NCBI GenBank assembly: GCA_017882445.1
Contig: JADGPK010000009.1
Span: forward strand, 9,309-73,308
Direction of reading: 5' to 3'
DNA: 64,000 bases
Source: Solirubrobacteraceae bacterium
Lineage (GTDB): Bacteria; Actinomycetota; Thermoleophilia; Solirubrobacterales; Solirubrobacteraceae
A model generated the notes under the pieces. It did not search any database and was not told the DNA's origin. It was given only the letters and a program-made list of their open reading frames with translations. Shown here piece after piece: positions 44,911 through 54,917 of this stretch; the first letter of the stretch is position 1; each line of letters opens with the position of its first letter. The translations under genes and the position numbers were made by a program.

Positions 44911-45212
44911 CCCTATTTGCACATCTTCTCCCACCCTTCCATCCCGACGTCGCCAAAACGGGCAAATCGCCAGTAAACACCTGGCGTTTTTCGGAACCGC
45001 GCAGCGGGCGGCCAGGGCGCGCGGAGATGCACGCCGGCGTGCAGGCGGCGGCTATGAAACGGCGATTGCAGATCACACGTCCCTCGCGCCGACTACACGT
45101 CAGACGGACTGTGCGCCGCCTGCAGAGCACAGGGGCCTTGCGCGGTGTCCTGTGCTGTGCATACGATCGCCTTCCCGCGCGCCCGACACGCGCCACAGAA
45201 AGGACCCACGCC

Positions 45213-46967
45213 TTGCGCTCAGCCCCCACCACAGCTCCCGGTCCTCGCCCCGTCACCCTCCTGCCGGCAAAGCTCGCCGCCGTGGCGTGTGCGGTGGCGA
45301 TCGCGGTGCTGCTCGCCGGCTGCGGCTCGTCCCACACGAGCGGCACGTCCGTCGATCCGGCGGGAGCTGTCCCGGCCTCCGCGCCTGTCTACGTGGGCGC
45401 GACCGTGCGACCCGGCGGTTCGCAGAAGACCGCTGCCCTCTCCGCGGGGCGGGCGCTCACCCACCAGGCCGATCCGTACCTGCGCCTGCTGGAGGCGCTG
45501 CAGACCCCCGGCTCGGCAGCCCTGAGCTTCAAGCGCGACGTGGCTTCGTGGCTGGGGCCGCACGCCGGCGTCTTCCTCAGCTCGCTGCGCTCCGCGAGCT
45601 CGCTGCTGACACTGCTGGGGCATGGGCTGCTCGGCGGCTCCGCCTCCTCGGCCGCGGCGTTCGGATTCGGCGCCAGCGGCGCCCAGGGCGCGATCGTGCT
45701 GGACACCAGCGACGCGGCCAAGGCGCGCAGCTTCCTCGACACCCAGGCTCAGCACGCGGGTGGGCACTCGGCGACCTACAGGGGGATCGCCTATCAGAGC
45801 ACCGCGGCCGGGGTCGCCTTCGGGCTGGTGGATCGCCTGGCCGTGATCGGCAGCGAGTCCGGGCTGCGCAGCGTGATCGACACCACCCTCGGCGGGCCAC
45901 CGCTGGCGCGCGCGAGCGGCTACTCCAAGCTGCTCGCCGCAGCGCCTTCCGGCGCCCTCGCCCACGTCTACTGGAACCCCGTGGGTTCGAGCGCCGACGG
46001 CACCCAGGAAGGGCTCGCCGGCCTCGTGATGCTGCTGGCGAGCGGACATCAGGTGAACGTCTCGCTCGTGCCGTCCGAGGGCGCGCTCGCGCTCGACGCC
46101 GACACGCTCGCATCCAACTCGCCGGGCACGACCGGCGGGCTGCTCTCGAGCGATCCGCAGAGCGCCGCGGCGCTCGGCGAACTCCCTGGAGACTCCTGGT
46201 TGGCGATCGGCCTGGGCCACCTCTCGACGACCATCACCCAGGACGTTCAGGCGCTGCGGAGCCTGGCGTCGGTGGGCGGCACGCCTGGCGGCTCCGGGGA
46301 AGGCTCGAGCTCGGGCGCCCTCAACTTCAAGTCGCTGCTGGAAGGGCTGCTGACCCCGCTGAACGCGCTCGGCGCCAACAGCGCCCAGGCCAAGCGTGAC
46401 TTTGCGAGCTGGATGGGGTCGGCCGGGATGTTCGCCAGCGGCGGGAGCCTGCTCGAACTGAGGGCGGCGATCGTGATCACGTCGAAGAACCCGGCCCTCT
46501 CCCGCGCCGCCGTGTCAAAGCTCGCAGCCCAGCTGCGCAGGGCGGGCGCATCGCTTCGGCCGGCGACGATCGCGGGAGCCGACGCGGCCGTGGGCGTGGC
46601 GCTCAACGGCCTCCCCGTGGTGCTCGACGTCGCGGACGGCCGCGCCTCGAACGGCCAGACCAAGTTCGTGATGGGCTTCGGCGAAGCGTCCGTCGCGGCC
46701 GCCCTCAGCCCGCCGAGCACGCTGGCGGCCGCCGCGCCGCGCGGCGCGGCGGCGGCAGCGCTCGGCGAAGGCATCCAGCCCAGCGTGATCCTCGAGCTCC
46801 CCACACTCGTCAGCCTGCTCGAAGGCGCCGGGCTCACCGAAGATCCGAGCATCTCCGCATTCGTCCCCTATCTCCGTGCGGCCACGACGCTCGCCGGCGG
46901 CGGACGCCCGCTGGGTGGCGAAGTGCAGCGCTTCCGCCTGGTTCTCGGGCTGCAACGGGGCGGTTGA
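45213..46967 (+). CDS. Secreted lipoprotein of unknown function (DUF3352-like by recollection)
   Basis: Signal peptide with a perfect lipobox (AIAVLLAGCGSS). I chose the TTG at 45213, which has a GAAAGGA Shine-Dalgarno sequence 8 nt upstream. Upstream in-frame codons have lower GC3. No catalytic motifs were recognised. Confidence 0.6.
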   Translation: MRSAPTTAPGPRPVTLLPAKLAAVACAVAIAVLLAGCGSSHTSGTSVDPAGAVPASAPVYVGATVRPGGSQKTAALSAGRALTHQADPYLRLLEALQTPGSAALSFKRDVASWLGPHAGVFLSSLRSASSLLTLLGHGLLGGSASSAAAFGFGASGAQGAIVLDTSDAAKARSFLDTQAQHAGGHSATYRGIAYQSTAAGVAFGLVDRLAVIGSESGLRSVIDTTLGGPPLARASGYSKLLAAAPSGALAHVYWNPVGSSADGTQEGLAGLVMLLASGHQVNVSLVPSEGALALDADTLASNSPGTTGGLLSSDPQSAAALGELPGDSWLAIGLGHLSTTITQDVQALRSLASVGGTPGGSGEGSSSGALNFKSLLEGLLTPLNALGANSAQAKRDFASWMGSAGMFASGGSLLELRAAIVITSKNPALSRAAVSKLAAQLRRAGASLRPATIAGADAAVGVALNGLPVVLDVADGRASNGQTKFVMGFGEASVAAALSPPSTLAAAAPRGAAAAALGEGIQPSVILELPTLVSLLEGAGLTEDPSISAFVPYLRAATTLAGGGRPLGGEVQRFRLVLGLQRGG

Positions 46968-46980
46968 GCCGCCCGCGCGC

Positions 46981-48234
46981 TCAGCCGCCGGTGGAAGGAC
47001 TCGCCCGCGGCACGTCGATCGCGCGGTAGAAGACCGGTCGGCCGCCGAGCACCCGGTCGATCCCGTAGCGCGCCAACGTGGTTTCGCCATCGGGTTCGAT
47101 CGAGTAGCGACCGAGCACCGAGTCGCGCTCCCCGGTGGCGAAGAAGCGTTCTATCACCGTCTGGCGGTCGTTTCCCTTGGAGCCCGCGCGACGGATCGCG
47201 TCGAGCACGACGCTCATCGCCTCATAGCCGTAGAGCGCGTACGCGTCCGCTTCGCCGCCGAACGCCCTGCGGTAGTCGCCGAGCACGCGCTGTCCCAGCG
47301 GGGGATACAGATCGGGCGCGAGGATCGGGGTGCTCAGGTAGGTGTTCGCCCCCGCGGCGCCGATCTGCGAAGTGAAGGATTCGCTGACCATCGAGCTCGA
47401 GCCCAGCAGAAGCAGGTGCGGATCGGCGCTGTGAAGCTGCTGCCACAACGCGATCGTGCCCTGGCCACCGCCACCCGCGAACAGAACCGCCTGCGCGCCG
47501 CTTTCGAGGATCTTTTCTATCTCCCCCGTGTACACGGCCCCCGCGGGGGTCGAGATGCTGTCGTGGGCGGCGACGACGATCCCGGCGTGCGCGGCGTCGG
47601 CCGCGGCGATCGTGGCGAGCGGGACCTCGAACGGATCCTGGTCGTCGAGCACATACAGCTTGTGAACACCGAGCTTCTTGGCCAACGCCACCTGCGCGGC
47701 TGCCTGCACCACGTCGCCGGGCTGCAGCCGGCCGAACGTGCGCTGCCCGCTCAGGTAGAAGCGTCCGGGCTCATCCTGTCCGGCGTCGAGGCCCGACGTC
47801 AGGCCCACGTAGGGGCTCGCGGGGCTCACCTGCAGGATCCCGGCGGCGTTGATGAGCGGAAGCGAGACGGCGGTGGCAGCCGAGTTGTAGTCGCCGAGGT
47901 AGGCGATCGTGCTCGTGTCCTGCGCGGCGATCTTGGCGTCGTCGGCGGTGATCCCCGGACTCCACTGACCGCTCGTCGGGTTGGCGTCGTCGAGGGACAC
48001 ATAGCCGACCTTGAACGGACCGGCGTGACCCCCTGCCTGCGAGAGCGCGAGCTTCTCGCCGTTGACGATCTGCTGGGAGATCGCCGCCGAGGGGCCCTGC
48101 AGCGGGAGGCTCGAATAGATCGCGAGCTGGCCGCCGATCGCTTCAGGGGTCGTCGAGGAGCCCACACCCGCGCAGCCACTCGCTCCGAGGACCGCGGCGG
48201 CGAGAGCGGCAAGGCCCAGCCAGCGTGCGAGCAC
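46981..48234 (-). CDS. ABC transporter substrate-binding protein, type 1 periplasmic-binding fold (LivJ-like)
   Basis: Signal/lipobox-like N-terminus (LGLAALAAAVLGASGCAG) followed by a PBP1 pattern (LAIYSSLPLQG..., YLGDYNSAAT, GVHKLYVLDD). GTG at 48234. No permease or ATPase genes are adjacent. Confidence 0.8.
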   Translation of the reverse strand: MLARWLGLAALAAAVLGASGCAGVGSSTTPEAIGGQLAIYSSLPLQGPSAAISQQIVNGEKLALSQAGGHAGPFKVGYVSLDDANPTSGQWSPGITADDAKIAAQDTSTIAYLGDYNSAATAVSLPLINAAGILQVSPASPYVGLTSGLDAGQDEPGRFYLSGQRTFGRLQPGDVVQAAAQVALAKKLGVHKLYVLDDQDPFEVPLATIAAADAAHAGIVVAAHDSISTPAGAVYTGEIEKILESGAQAVLFAGGGGQGTIALWQQLHSADPHLLLLGSSSMVSESFTSQIGAAGANTYLSTPILAPDLYPPLGQRVLGDYRRAFGGEADAYALYGYEAMSVVLDAIRRAGSKGNDRQTVIERFFATGERDSVLGRYSIEPDGETTLARYGIDRVLGGRPVFYRAIDVPRASPSTGG

Positions 48235-48242
48235 CGCTGGCT

Positions 48243-48404
48243 CTAGCTGCGACGGCCGGGGAGGTAGCCGGAGAGGATCTTCAGCGATGCTCCCACCAGG
48301 ATGATCACTGTGGCCAGCAGAAACGAGTCGAAGCCCTTGGCTCCGAGGGCCCACAACACGATCCAGACGACCAGCCCGGCGGTGACGGTGAGTATCAGTC
48401 CCAT
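48243..48404 (-). CDS. Small hydrophobic protein (53 aa, two predicted TM helices)
   Basis: My own translation: MGLILTVTAGLVVWIVLWALGAKGFDSFLLATVIILVGASLKILSGYLPGRRS. GC3 is high. It fills the gap between trpA and the SBP gene. It is below the ORF-track length cut-off. Confidence 0.45.
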   Translation of the reverse strand: MGLILTVTAGLVVWIVLWALGAKGFDSFLLATVIILVGASLKILSGYLPGRRS

Positions 48405-48416
48405 GCGCGCGGAATC

Positions 48417-49226
48417 CTACCGAGCCGGGGCGAGGCCCGCCGCCAGTTCGCTCACGAGCGCGCCCACGGCGCCCGCGGGGTCCTCCGCTTCCTCGGCGGC
48501 GCGCACCAGGCGAGTACCGACGATCACGCCGTCGGCGCCCGCGTCGGCGGCCTGACGGGCCTGCTCGGGCGTGGAGATGCCGAAGCCGAGCGCCACCGGC
48601 GCGCTGGTGCTGGCCTTCGCGCGGGCGAGGACCTCGGTGAAGGCGTCGCCCGCCGTGCCACGCTCGCCGGTGGTGCCCACGACGGAGATGGTGTAGAGGA
48701 ATCCCCGCGCCCTCGCTCCGATCGCCGCCAGGCGCTCGGGCGTGGTCGTCGGGGCGACGAGCGGAACGAGCGCCAGGCCGTGCCGGTCGCATGTGTCGAG
48801 AACCTCCGACGCCTCGCCCTGAGGCAGATCGGGAACGATCAGCCCGCACGCACCCGCCCGCTCGACGCGCTCGACGAACGCGTCCACCCCGGGGGCGAAC
48901 ACCATGTTGGCGTAACACATCAGCACCACGGGGACGCTCCCCGCCAGCGCTCGTGCGACCTCGAGCACGCCCGCGACGTTCGCGCCGGCCGCCAGCGCCC
49001 TGGTAGCTGCGGCATGGATCACCGGGCCGTCGGCGAGCGGGTCCGAGTAGGGCATCCCCAGCTCGATCACGTCCGCACCCGCCTGCACGCACGCCTCGCC
49101 GATCCTGACCGACTCATCGAGCGTCGGGAAGCCCCCCATCACATATGGCATCAGCGCGGCGCGCTTGCCGGTGCGCGCGAACGCCTCGGCGATCCGCTCG
49201 ATCCCCGTCGTGCCGACGGTGCTCAT
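48417..49226 (-). CDS. trpA: Tryptophan synthase alpha chain
   Basis: [17 protein letters not shown] and GFGIS motifs. 269 aa, with an ATGA overlap with the trpB stop. Confidence 0.95.
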   Translation of the reverse strand: MSTVGTTGIERIAEAFARTGKRAALMPYVMGGFPTLDESVRIGEACVQAGADVIELGMPYSDPLADGPVIHAAATRALAAGANVAGVLEVARALAGSVPVVLMCYANMVFAPGVDAFVERVERAGACGLIVPDLPQGEASEVLDTCDRHGLALVPLVAPTTTPERLAAIGARARGFLYTISVVGTTGERGTAGDAFTEVLARAKASTSAPVALGFGISTPEQARQAADAGADGVIVGTRLVRAAEEAEDPAGAVGALVSELAAGLAPAR

Positions 49227-50407
49227 GTCCCGCCCGCGCCGAGCACCTCGGCGAGATCCTTGTCGCCGCGTCCGGACAGGCACAGGAGGTCGAGCTCGCC
49301 CTCGGGCTCGGCGAGCACCCAGGCCAGCGCGTGGGCGGTCTCGAGCGCGGGGATGATCCCCTCCAGGCGCGCCACCTCGCGAAACGCGGCGAGCGCCTGG
49401 GCGTCGGTCACCGCCACATAGCGCGCGCGGCCGGTGTCGCGGAGATATGCGTGCTCGGGTCCCGCGCCGGGGTAGTCCAGGCCGGCGGAGATCGAGTGCG
49501 CCTGGATGATCTGGCCCTCCTCGTCCTGCATGACGGCCGAGCGCGACCCGTGCAGGATCCCGGGACGGCCGCCCACGGTCAGCGGCGCGCCGTGCCGGCT
49601 GGTCTCGATGCCCTCGCCCCCCGCCTCGACGCCGACGAGCTCGACCTGCTCGTCGGGGATGAACGCGGCGAAGATCCCCATCGCGTTCGAGCCGCCCCCC
49701 ACGCACGCGACCACTCGCGAGGGCAGCCTCCCCTCGCGCTCGAGGATCTGCGCGCGGGCCTCGTCGCCGATGATCCGCTGCAGGTCGCGCACGAGCGCGG
49801 GATACGGCGCCGGGCCGACCACGGAGCCGATCACGTAATGCGTGCCCTGCACGTTGGTCACCCAATCTCGGATCGCCGCGGAGGTCGCCTCCTTCAACGT
49901 CCTCGCCCCTGCGTCCACCGGCTGCACGGTCGCGCCGAGCAGTTCCATCCGCTGCACGTTGGGACGCTGGCGGCGCGTGTCCTCGACGCCCATGTAGATG
50001 GTGCACTCCATCCCGAACAGCGCGCACACCGTGGCGGTCGCCACGCCGTGCTGTCCCGCGCCGGTCTCGGCGATGATGCGTCTCTTGCCCATCCTCCTGG
50101 CGAGCAGGACCTGGCCGAGCGCGTTGTTGAGCTTGTGCGACCCGGTGTGGTTGAGGTCCTCGCGCTTGAGGTACACGGGCCGCCCGACCCGCTCGGACAG
50201 CCTGCGCGCCTCATAGAGGGGGGTCGGACGCCCGCCGAAGTCGCGGAGCAGCCCATGCAGCTCCGCGCGGTACCCCTCGTCCTCGCGCGCCGCCGTCCAC
50301 GCCTGCTCTAGCTCCGCCAGCGCGGGCATGAGCGTCTCGGGCACGAACTGCCCGCCGTAGGGTCCGAAGCGGTGCTCTACAGCGAGCTCGTCCGCGCTCG
50401 AGCTCAC
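49223..50407 (-). CDS. trpB: Tryptophan synthase beta chain
   Basis: [16 protein letters not shown] (PLP lysine) and GGGSNAMG. Confidence 0.97.
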   Translation of the reverse strand: MSSSADELAVEHRFGPYGGQFVPETLMPALAELEQAWTAAREDEGYRAELHGLLRDFGGRPTPLYEARRLSERVGRPVYLKREDLNHTGSHKLNNALGQVLLARRMGKRRIIAETGAGQHGVATATVCALFGMECTIYMGVEDTRRQRPNVQRMELLGATVQPVDAGARTLKEATSAAIRDWVTNVQGTHYVIGSVVGPAPYPALVRDLQRIIGDEARAQILEREGRLPSRVVACVGGGSNAMGIFAAFIPDEQVELVGVEAGGEGIETSRHGAPLTVGGRPGILHGSRSAVMQDEEGQIIQAHSISAGLDYPGAGPEHAYLRDTGRARYVAVTDAQALAAFREVARLEGIIPALETAHALAWVLAEPEGELDLLCLSGRGDKDLAEVLGAGGT

Positions 50408-51147
50408 GCCGGCTGACCGATCGTCGCGCGCTGTTGAGGCTGGCGGATGGCGTCGAAGAACGCGCGGAGCTTCGCCGGATCCTTGTGCCCGGGGGCTGAC
50501 TCGGTACCGCTCGCGGTGTCGAGCGCGTATGGATGCACCGCCGCGATCGCCTCGTTCACGTTCTCGGGGGTCAATCCGCCGCTGAGGATCAGGGGCACCT
50601 TCGACCTGCGCGCCGCCACCAGGCCCCAGTCGAACGTCTCCCCCGTTCCGCCTCGCATGCCCTGCCGCCCGACCGCCCGTGAGCGGGCGTCGAGCAGGTG
50701 GAAGTCCACGTGGAAGCGTTCGAGGTCCTGCACGTCGCTGGAGCCGGACACCTGCGCCGCCTTGATCACCCGCGCGCCCGTCCGGCGGCGCACCTCGGCG
50801 CAGAAGGATGGGCCCTCATCGCCGTGGAGCTGCACCAGACTGAGGTCGAGCTCGTCGCTGCGGCTGACGATCTCCGCCAGGGGAGCGTTCACGAACACCC
50901 CGCAGAGCTCGACGCGCCGGCGCAGACTCGCTGTGATCTCCGCACCCGCAGCGGGCGAGCACCTGCGGGGGCTGCCCTCGTAGAAGATCATCCCCAGCGC
51001 CCATGCACCCAGATCCACCGCCATCTCGGCGTCCTCGAGGTTCGTGATCCCGCATATCTTCACCTGCGCGCAGGAGGGGTCGCGAGCGCCCTTGCCGACC
51101 CCGACCGGGGTGTCGAAGATCTCGGGGGGTTGGGGCACCGCCGCCAT
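50404..51147 (-). CDS. trpF: Phosphoribosylanthranilate isomerase
   Basis: VKICGIT, VQLHGDE and LILSGGL motifs. The start is uncertain: either the ATG at 51147 or a GTG near VKICGIT. Confidence 0.85.
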   Translation of the reverse strand: MAAVPQPPEIFDTPVGVGKGARDPSCAQVKICGITNLEDAEMAVDLGAWALGMIFYEGSPRRCSPAAGAEITASLRRRVELCGVFVNAPLAEIVSRSDELDLSLVQLHGDEGPSFCAEVRRRTGARVIKAAQVSGSSDVQDLERFHVDFHLLDARSRAVGRQGMRGGTGETFDWGLVAARRSKVPLILSGGLTPENVNEAIAAVHPYALDTASGTESAPGHKDPAKLRAFFDAIRQPQQRATIGQPA

Positions 51148-51182
51148 GCCCCCACGGTAGCGGGGACGCGATCCGGGGGGGT

Positions 51183-52397
51183 CTAGCCTTCGGGCGTGTT
51201 CGGGTTGGGAACCGAGTTCGGGCGCTTCCCGAGCGTGGCGTTCACGGTGATGTGCTTGTAGCCGCCTTTGCCGTCGGCGCGCAGGAGCCCGATGCTGACC
51301 GTGTCGCCCGGTTTCCTGGCCGCGATGTCGTTGGCCACGTCTTCAGCGCCGCCCACCGTCTTGCCGTCGATCGAGACGATGATGTCGCCGCCGACCGCGA
51401 CCTGGCCGTTTTCGGTGTTCGTGGTGACCGCTCCACCGTGGATCCCCGCCTTGGCGGCAGCCGTACCAGGCTCGACGCTCTGCACCAGCGCGCCGCTGTG
51501 CACGGGCAGGTTGAGGGCCGACAGGTTCCCGTCGATCGTGAGCGAGGTCAGGCCGAGGTAGGCGCCGCGCACCGTGCCGCCTTTCTCCAGCTGCGCGATC
51601 TCGGACTTGGCCGTGTTGATCGGGACCGCGAAGCCGATGCCGACGCTGCCGCCGCTGGCGCCGCCGCTCACGATCTGGGAGTTGATGCCTATCACGCGCC
51701 CTGCGGCGTCGAGCAGGGGTCCGCCCGAGTTCCCCGGGTTGATCGGAGCGTCGGTCTGCAGCACGTTGTTGATCGCGAAGCCGTTCGGCGCGGTGATCTC
51801 GCGTTGCAGCGCCGAGACCACACCGGTCGTGAGCGTGCGTTCGAGGTCGAAGGGATTGCCGATCGCATACACCGGATCGCCCACCTGCGCGGCGCTCGAA
51901 TCTCCTAGCGTCAGCGGATGCAGAGTCAGGCCATCGGTTGGGATGCGCAGCACGGCGAGGTCGTTGGAGGGATCCTTGCCGACCACCTGGGCTTCTACGG
52001 TCTTGCCTTTTTCGAAGCTGACGGTGACCTTGATGGCGTTCTCGACGACGTGGTAGTTGGTGAGGATCGTGCCGTTGCTGGAGATCACGATGCCCGATCC
52101 GGTCGCCTTGCCCTGGCGCTGGCTTTCGCCACCGAAGAGGTTGAACGGCGATTCGGTCTTCTGCACGATCGTGGAGGTCACGAACGCCACTCCCGGCGCG
52201 TCGCGGACGTAGATTTCGTGCGGGCTCAGCAGCCCCCGGCTCTGCTGCGAGGCGTTGGTCGGCGCCGCTGGAGCCGCCAAGACGCTGGTCACGGTCGTCT
52301 GCTTGTTGTCCAGCCCACCGAACGCGGCGATCACGGCGACGACGACCGCGCCGCCGATCAGGGCCGAGAGGAACGGAATGACGAACATGCGCTTCAT
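51183..52397 (-). CDS. HtrA/DegP-like trypsin-fold serine protease with a C-terminal PDZ domain
   Basis: N-terminal TM anchor. Catalytic His, Asp and Ser contexts (TNYHVV, DLAVL, GNSGGPLLD) and a PDZ-like tail. Confidence 0.9.
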   Translation of the reverse strand: MKRMFVIPFLSALIGGAVVVAVIAAFGGLDNKQTTVTSVLAAPAAPTNASQQSRGLLSPHEIYVRDAPGVAFVTSTIVQKTESPFNLFGGESQRQGKATGSGIVISSNGTILTNYHVVENAIKVTVSFEKGKTVEAQVVGKDPSNDLAVLRIPTDGLTLHPLTLGDSSAAQVGDPVYAIGNPFDLERTLTTGVVSALQREITAPNGFAINNVLQTDAPINPGNSGGPLLDAAGRVIGINSQIVSGGASGGSVGIGFAVPINTAKSEIAQLEKGGTVRGAYLGLTSLTIDGNLSALNLPVHSGALVQSVEPGTAAAKAGIHGGAVTTNTENGQVAVGGDIIVSIDGKTVGGAEDVANDIAARKPGDTVSIGLLRADGKGGYKHITVNATLGKRPNSVPNPNTPEG

Positions 52398-52432
52398 TGC
52401 GCGAGACGATGACCGGCCGGTGTGAAGGCCAT

Positions 52433-53248
52433 CTAAATGTCTTCACACGTTCGTCCTAAAGATGTCAGCTCCCGCACAGCGGCGGCGGGATCGGCCGAAC
52501 GCATCAGAGCCTCGCCGACCAGAACGGCGTGGACGCCGCGATCCTCGAGCCTGCGCAGCTGATCGACGGAGACGATGCCCGACTCGGAGACCACCGTGAC
52601 GCCCCGCGGTACGTGACCCATCAGCCGTTCGGTGCGCTGGACGTCCAAGCTGAAATCCGTCAGGTCGCGGTTGTTGATCCCGATGATCTCCGCGCCGGTC
52701 TCGAGCGCGCGCTCCAGCTCGCTTCGGTCGTGGACCTCGACGAGCACGTCGAGCCCCAACGCTCGCGCGGAGCCGTGCAGCGAGATGAGGTCTGCGATCC
52801 CCAACGCCGCGACGATCAGCAGCACGGCATCCGCTCCGGCGGCTCGCGCCTCGTCCAGCTGGTAGGGGTCGACGATGAAGTCCTTGCGCAGCAACGGCAG
52901 ACCGCACGCCGTGCGCGCGGCGCGAAGATCCTGAAGCGCACCACCGAAGTTGGGCCCCTCGGTGAGGACCGAGATGGCGACCGCCCCGCCGTCCTCATAG
53001 GCATGCACGATCTCGGCCAGGTCCGGTCGCTCGTGCAATGGGCCCGCGGAGGGAGAACGGCGCTTGAACTCTGCGATCACGCCGATGCCGCGGGTTCGCA
53101 GGGCGTCCTTGAAGCGTCTCGTGCCGGGTGCGTGCGGGCGATCTCCGATCGGTGTCGGCTCGAGCGGGACGTCGCGCTTGCGACGCTCGACCTCCTGACG
53201 TGTTTCGGCCAGGATTCGGTCGAGCACGCTGGATGTGCTCGCGCTCAT
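52433..53248 (-). CDS. trpC: Indole-3-glycerol phosphate synthase
   Basis: IAEFKRRSPS, LRKDF, GINNRDL and ESG motifs. ATGA overlap with the trpD stop. Confidence 0.93.
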   Translation of the reverse strand: MSASTSSVLDRILAETRQEVERRKRDVPLEPTPIGDRPHAPGTRRFKDALRTRGIGVIAEFKRRSPSAGPLHERPDLAEIVHAYEDGGAVAISVLTEGPNFGGALQDLRAARTACGLPLLRKDFIVDPYQLDEARAAGADAVLLIVAALGIADLISLHGSARALGLDVLVEVHDRSELERALETGAEIIGINNRDLTDFSLDVQRTERLMGHVPRGVTVVSESGIVSVDQLRRLEDRGVHAVLVGEALMRSADPAAAVRELTSLGRTCEDI

Positions 53249-54315
53249 CCTGGCTCCCCCGCCGGCGCGTGCCTTCGCGTCGCCTCCACGTAGCGCTCGA
53301 GCGCCTCCCCGGCACGTCCCTCGGCGATCGCCGCGCGCGCGGCCTGCACGCCATCGGCGATCGTGTCGACGCGTCCGGCCGCGTAGATCGCCGCCCCGGC
53401 GTTGATCACCGCCAGATCCTCGCCGACCGGCCGACCGGCGAGCGCGGGGCTCCCCTGCAGGATCGCGCGGGTGACGGCGGCGTTCTGATCGGGAGTTCCC
53501 CCGCCCGCACCCTCGCCGTCTGTGGCTGCGCCGTCGGACTCTATGCCGACATCCCGCGGCAGCAGAACGTATGTGCTGATCTCCTGGCCGTTGACCTCGA
53601 CCACGTTGGTGGGCGCGCTCGCGGAGACCTCGTCGAGGCCATCCTCGCTGGCGACCACCAGAGCGCGGTCGACCCCAAGCTGCGCGAGCGCCCCCGCCAT
53701 CGTCTCCAGGAACCGCACGTCGGACACGCCGATCAGCTGGCGCCGTGCGCCCGCCGGGTTCGTCAGCGGACCGAGCAGGTTGAAGATCGTACGCACTGCG
53801 AGCTCGCGTCTGACGGGCACGACGAAGCGGGTGGCCTGGTGGTAGTTGGGCGCGAACATGAAGCCGAAGCCGGCCTCCTGCACGCACGCCGCCACGCCGG
53901 CGGGATCCAGGTCGATGCGGGCGCCCAGGGCCTCGAGCAGATCGGCCGACCCCGACCTGCTCGTGGCAGAGCGATTACCGTGCTTGGCCACGGCGCACCC
54001 GGCGCCTGCGGCGATCAGGGCGGCCGTCGTGGAGACGTTGAAAGAGCCGCTTCCGCCCCCCGTGCCGGCGGTGTCGAGCAGGTCGTCGCTGTCGATCGGC
54101 ACGCGGACGGCGAGCGCTCGCATCGTGCGGGCGAGCCCGGCCAGCTCCGCGACGGTCTCCCCCTTCGTCCGCAGGGCGATCAGGAACCCCGCGATCTGCG
54201 TTTCGGAGGCCTCGCCGCGCATGATCTCGGCGAGCACCTCCGCGGTCTGCTCCGCGCTGAGGTCCCTCCGCGCCGCGAGCGCGTCGATCGCGCGTGTCAG
54301 GATCGGGTTTGGCAT
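53245..54315 (-). CDS. trpD: Anthranilate phosphoribosyltransferase
   Basis: DTAGTGGG, KHGNRS and NLLGPLTNP motifs. Confidence 0.95.
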   Translation of the reverse strand: MPNPILTRAIDALAARRDLSAEQTAEVLAEIMRGEASETQIAGFLIALRTKGETVAELAGLARTMRALAVRVPIDSDDLLDTAGTGGGSGSFNVSTTAALIAAGAGCAVAKHGNRSATSRSGSADLLEALGARIDLDPAGVAACVQEAGFGFMFAPNYHQATRFVVPVRRELAVRTIFNLLGPLTNPAGARRQLIGVSDVRFLETMAGALAQLGVDRALVVASEDGLDEVSASAPTNVVEVNGQEISTYVLLPRDVGIESDGAATDGEGAGGGTPDQNAAVTRAILQGSPALAGRPVGEDLAVINAGAAIYAAGRVDTIADGVQAARAAIAEGRAGEALERYVEATRRHAPAGEPG

Positions 54316-54353
54316 CCGCTGAGAATCATCTCGTACCGGCCGCCGGCCACCCT

Positions 54354-54917
54354 CTACCCCATCTCCAGGAAGTTGGCGAGCAGCTCACGGCCCTGCTCGG
54401 TGAGCACGGACTCCGGGTGGAACTGGACCCCCTCGGCAGGCAGCTCGCGGTGACGCAGCCCCATCAGCAGGCCTCCGCCGCGCGCGGACTCCTCCAGGCA
54501 GTCGGGCAGATCCGCGTCGACCACCAGCGAGTGATAGCGCCCGACGGTCAGCGGACAAGACAGCCCGCGGAAGATCGTGCGCCCGTCGTGTTCGATCGTC
54601 GTGGCCTTCCCGTGCACCGGCGGATTGAGCCTCACGCGCCCTCCGAACGCCTGCGCGAGCGCCTGATGACCGAGGCACACGCCGAGCGTGGGGATCCCCG
54701 CCTCGGGCATCCTGCGGACCACCTCCAGGGTGATCCCGGCCTGATCGGGCGTGCACGGACCCGGAGAGACCACGCACCGCTCGAAACCGCCGGCGAGCAG
54801 CTCATCGACGCTCGCGCGGTCGTTGCGAACGGTGTCCACCTCCGCGCCGAGCTCCCCGAGATACTGGACGAGGTTGTAGGTGAAGGAGTCGTAGTTGTCG
54901 ACAACCAGGACTCTCAT
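54354..54917 (-). CDS. trpG: Anthranilate synthase component II (glutamine amidotransferase)
   Basis: VLVVDNYDSFTYNL, the catalytic GVCLGHQ, and the HPES-type C-terminal motif. The start is at M8, in an ATGA overlap with the trpE stop. Confidence 0.93.
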   Translation of the reverse strand: MRVLVVDNYDSFTYNLVQYLGELGAEVDTVRNDRASVDELLAGGFERCVVSPGPCTPDQAGITLEVVRRMPEAGIPTLGVCLGHQALAQAFGGRVRLNPPVHGKATTIEHDGRTIFRGLSCPLTVGRYHSLVVDADLPDCLEESARGGGLLMGLRHRELPAEGVQFHPESVLTEQGRELLANFLEMG

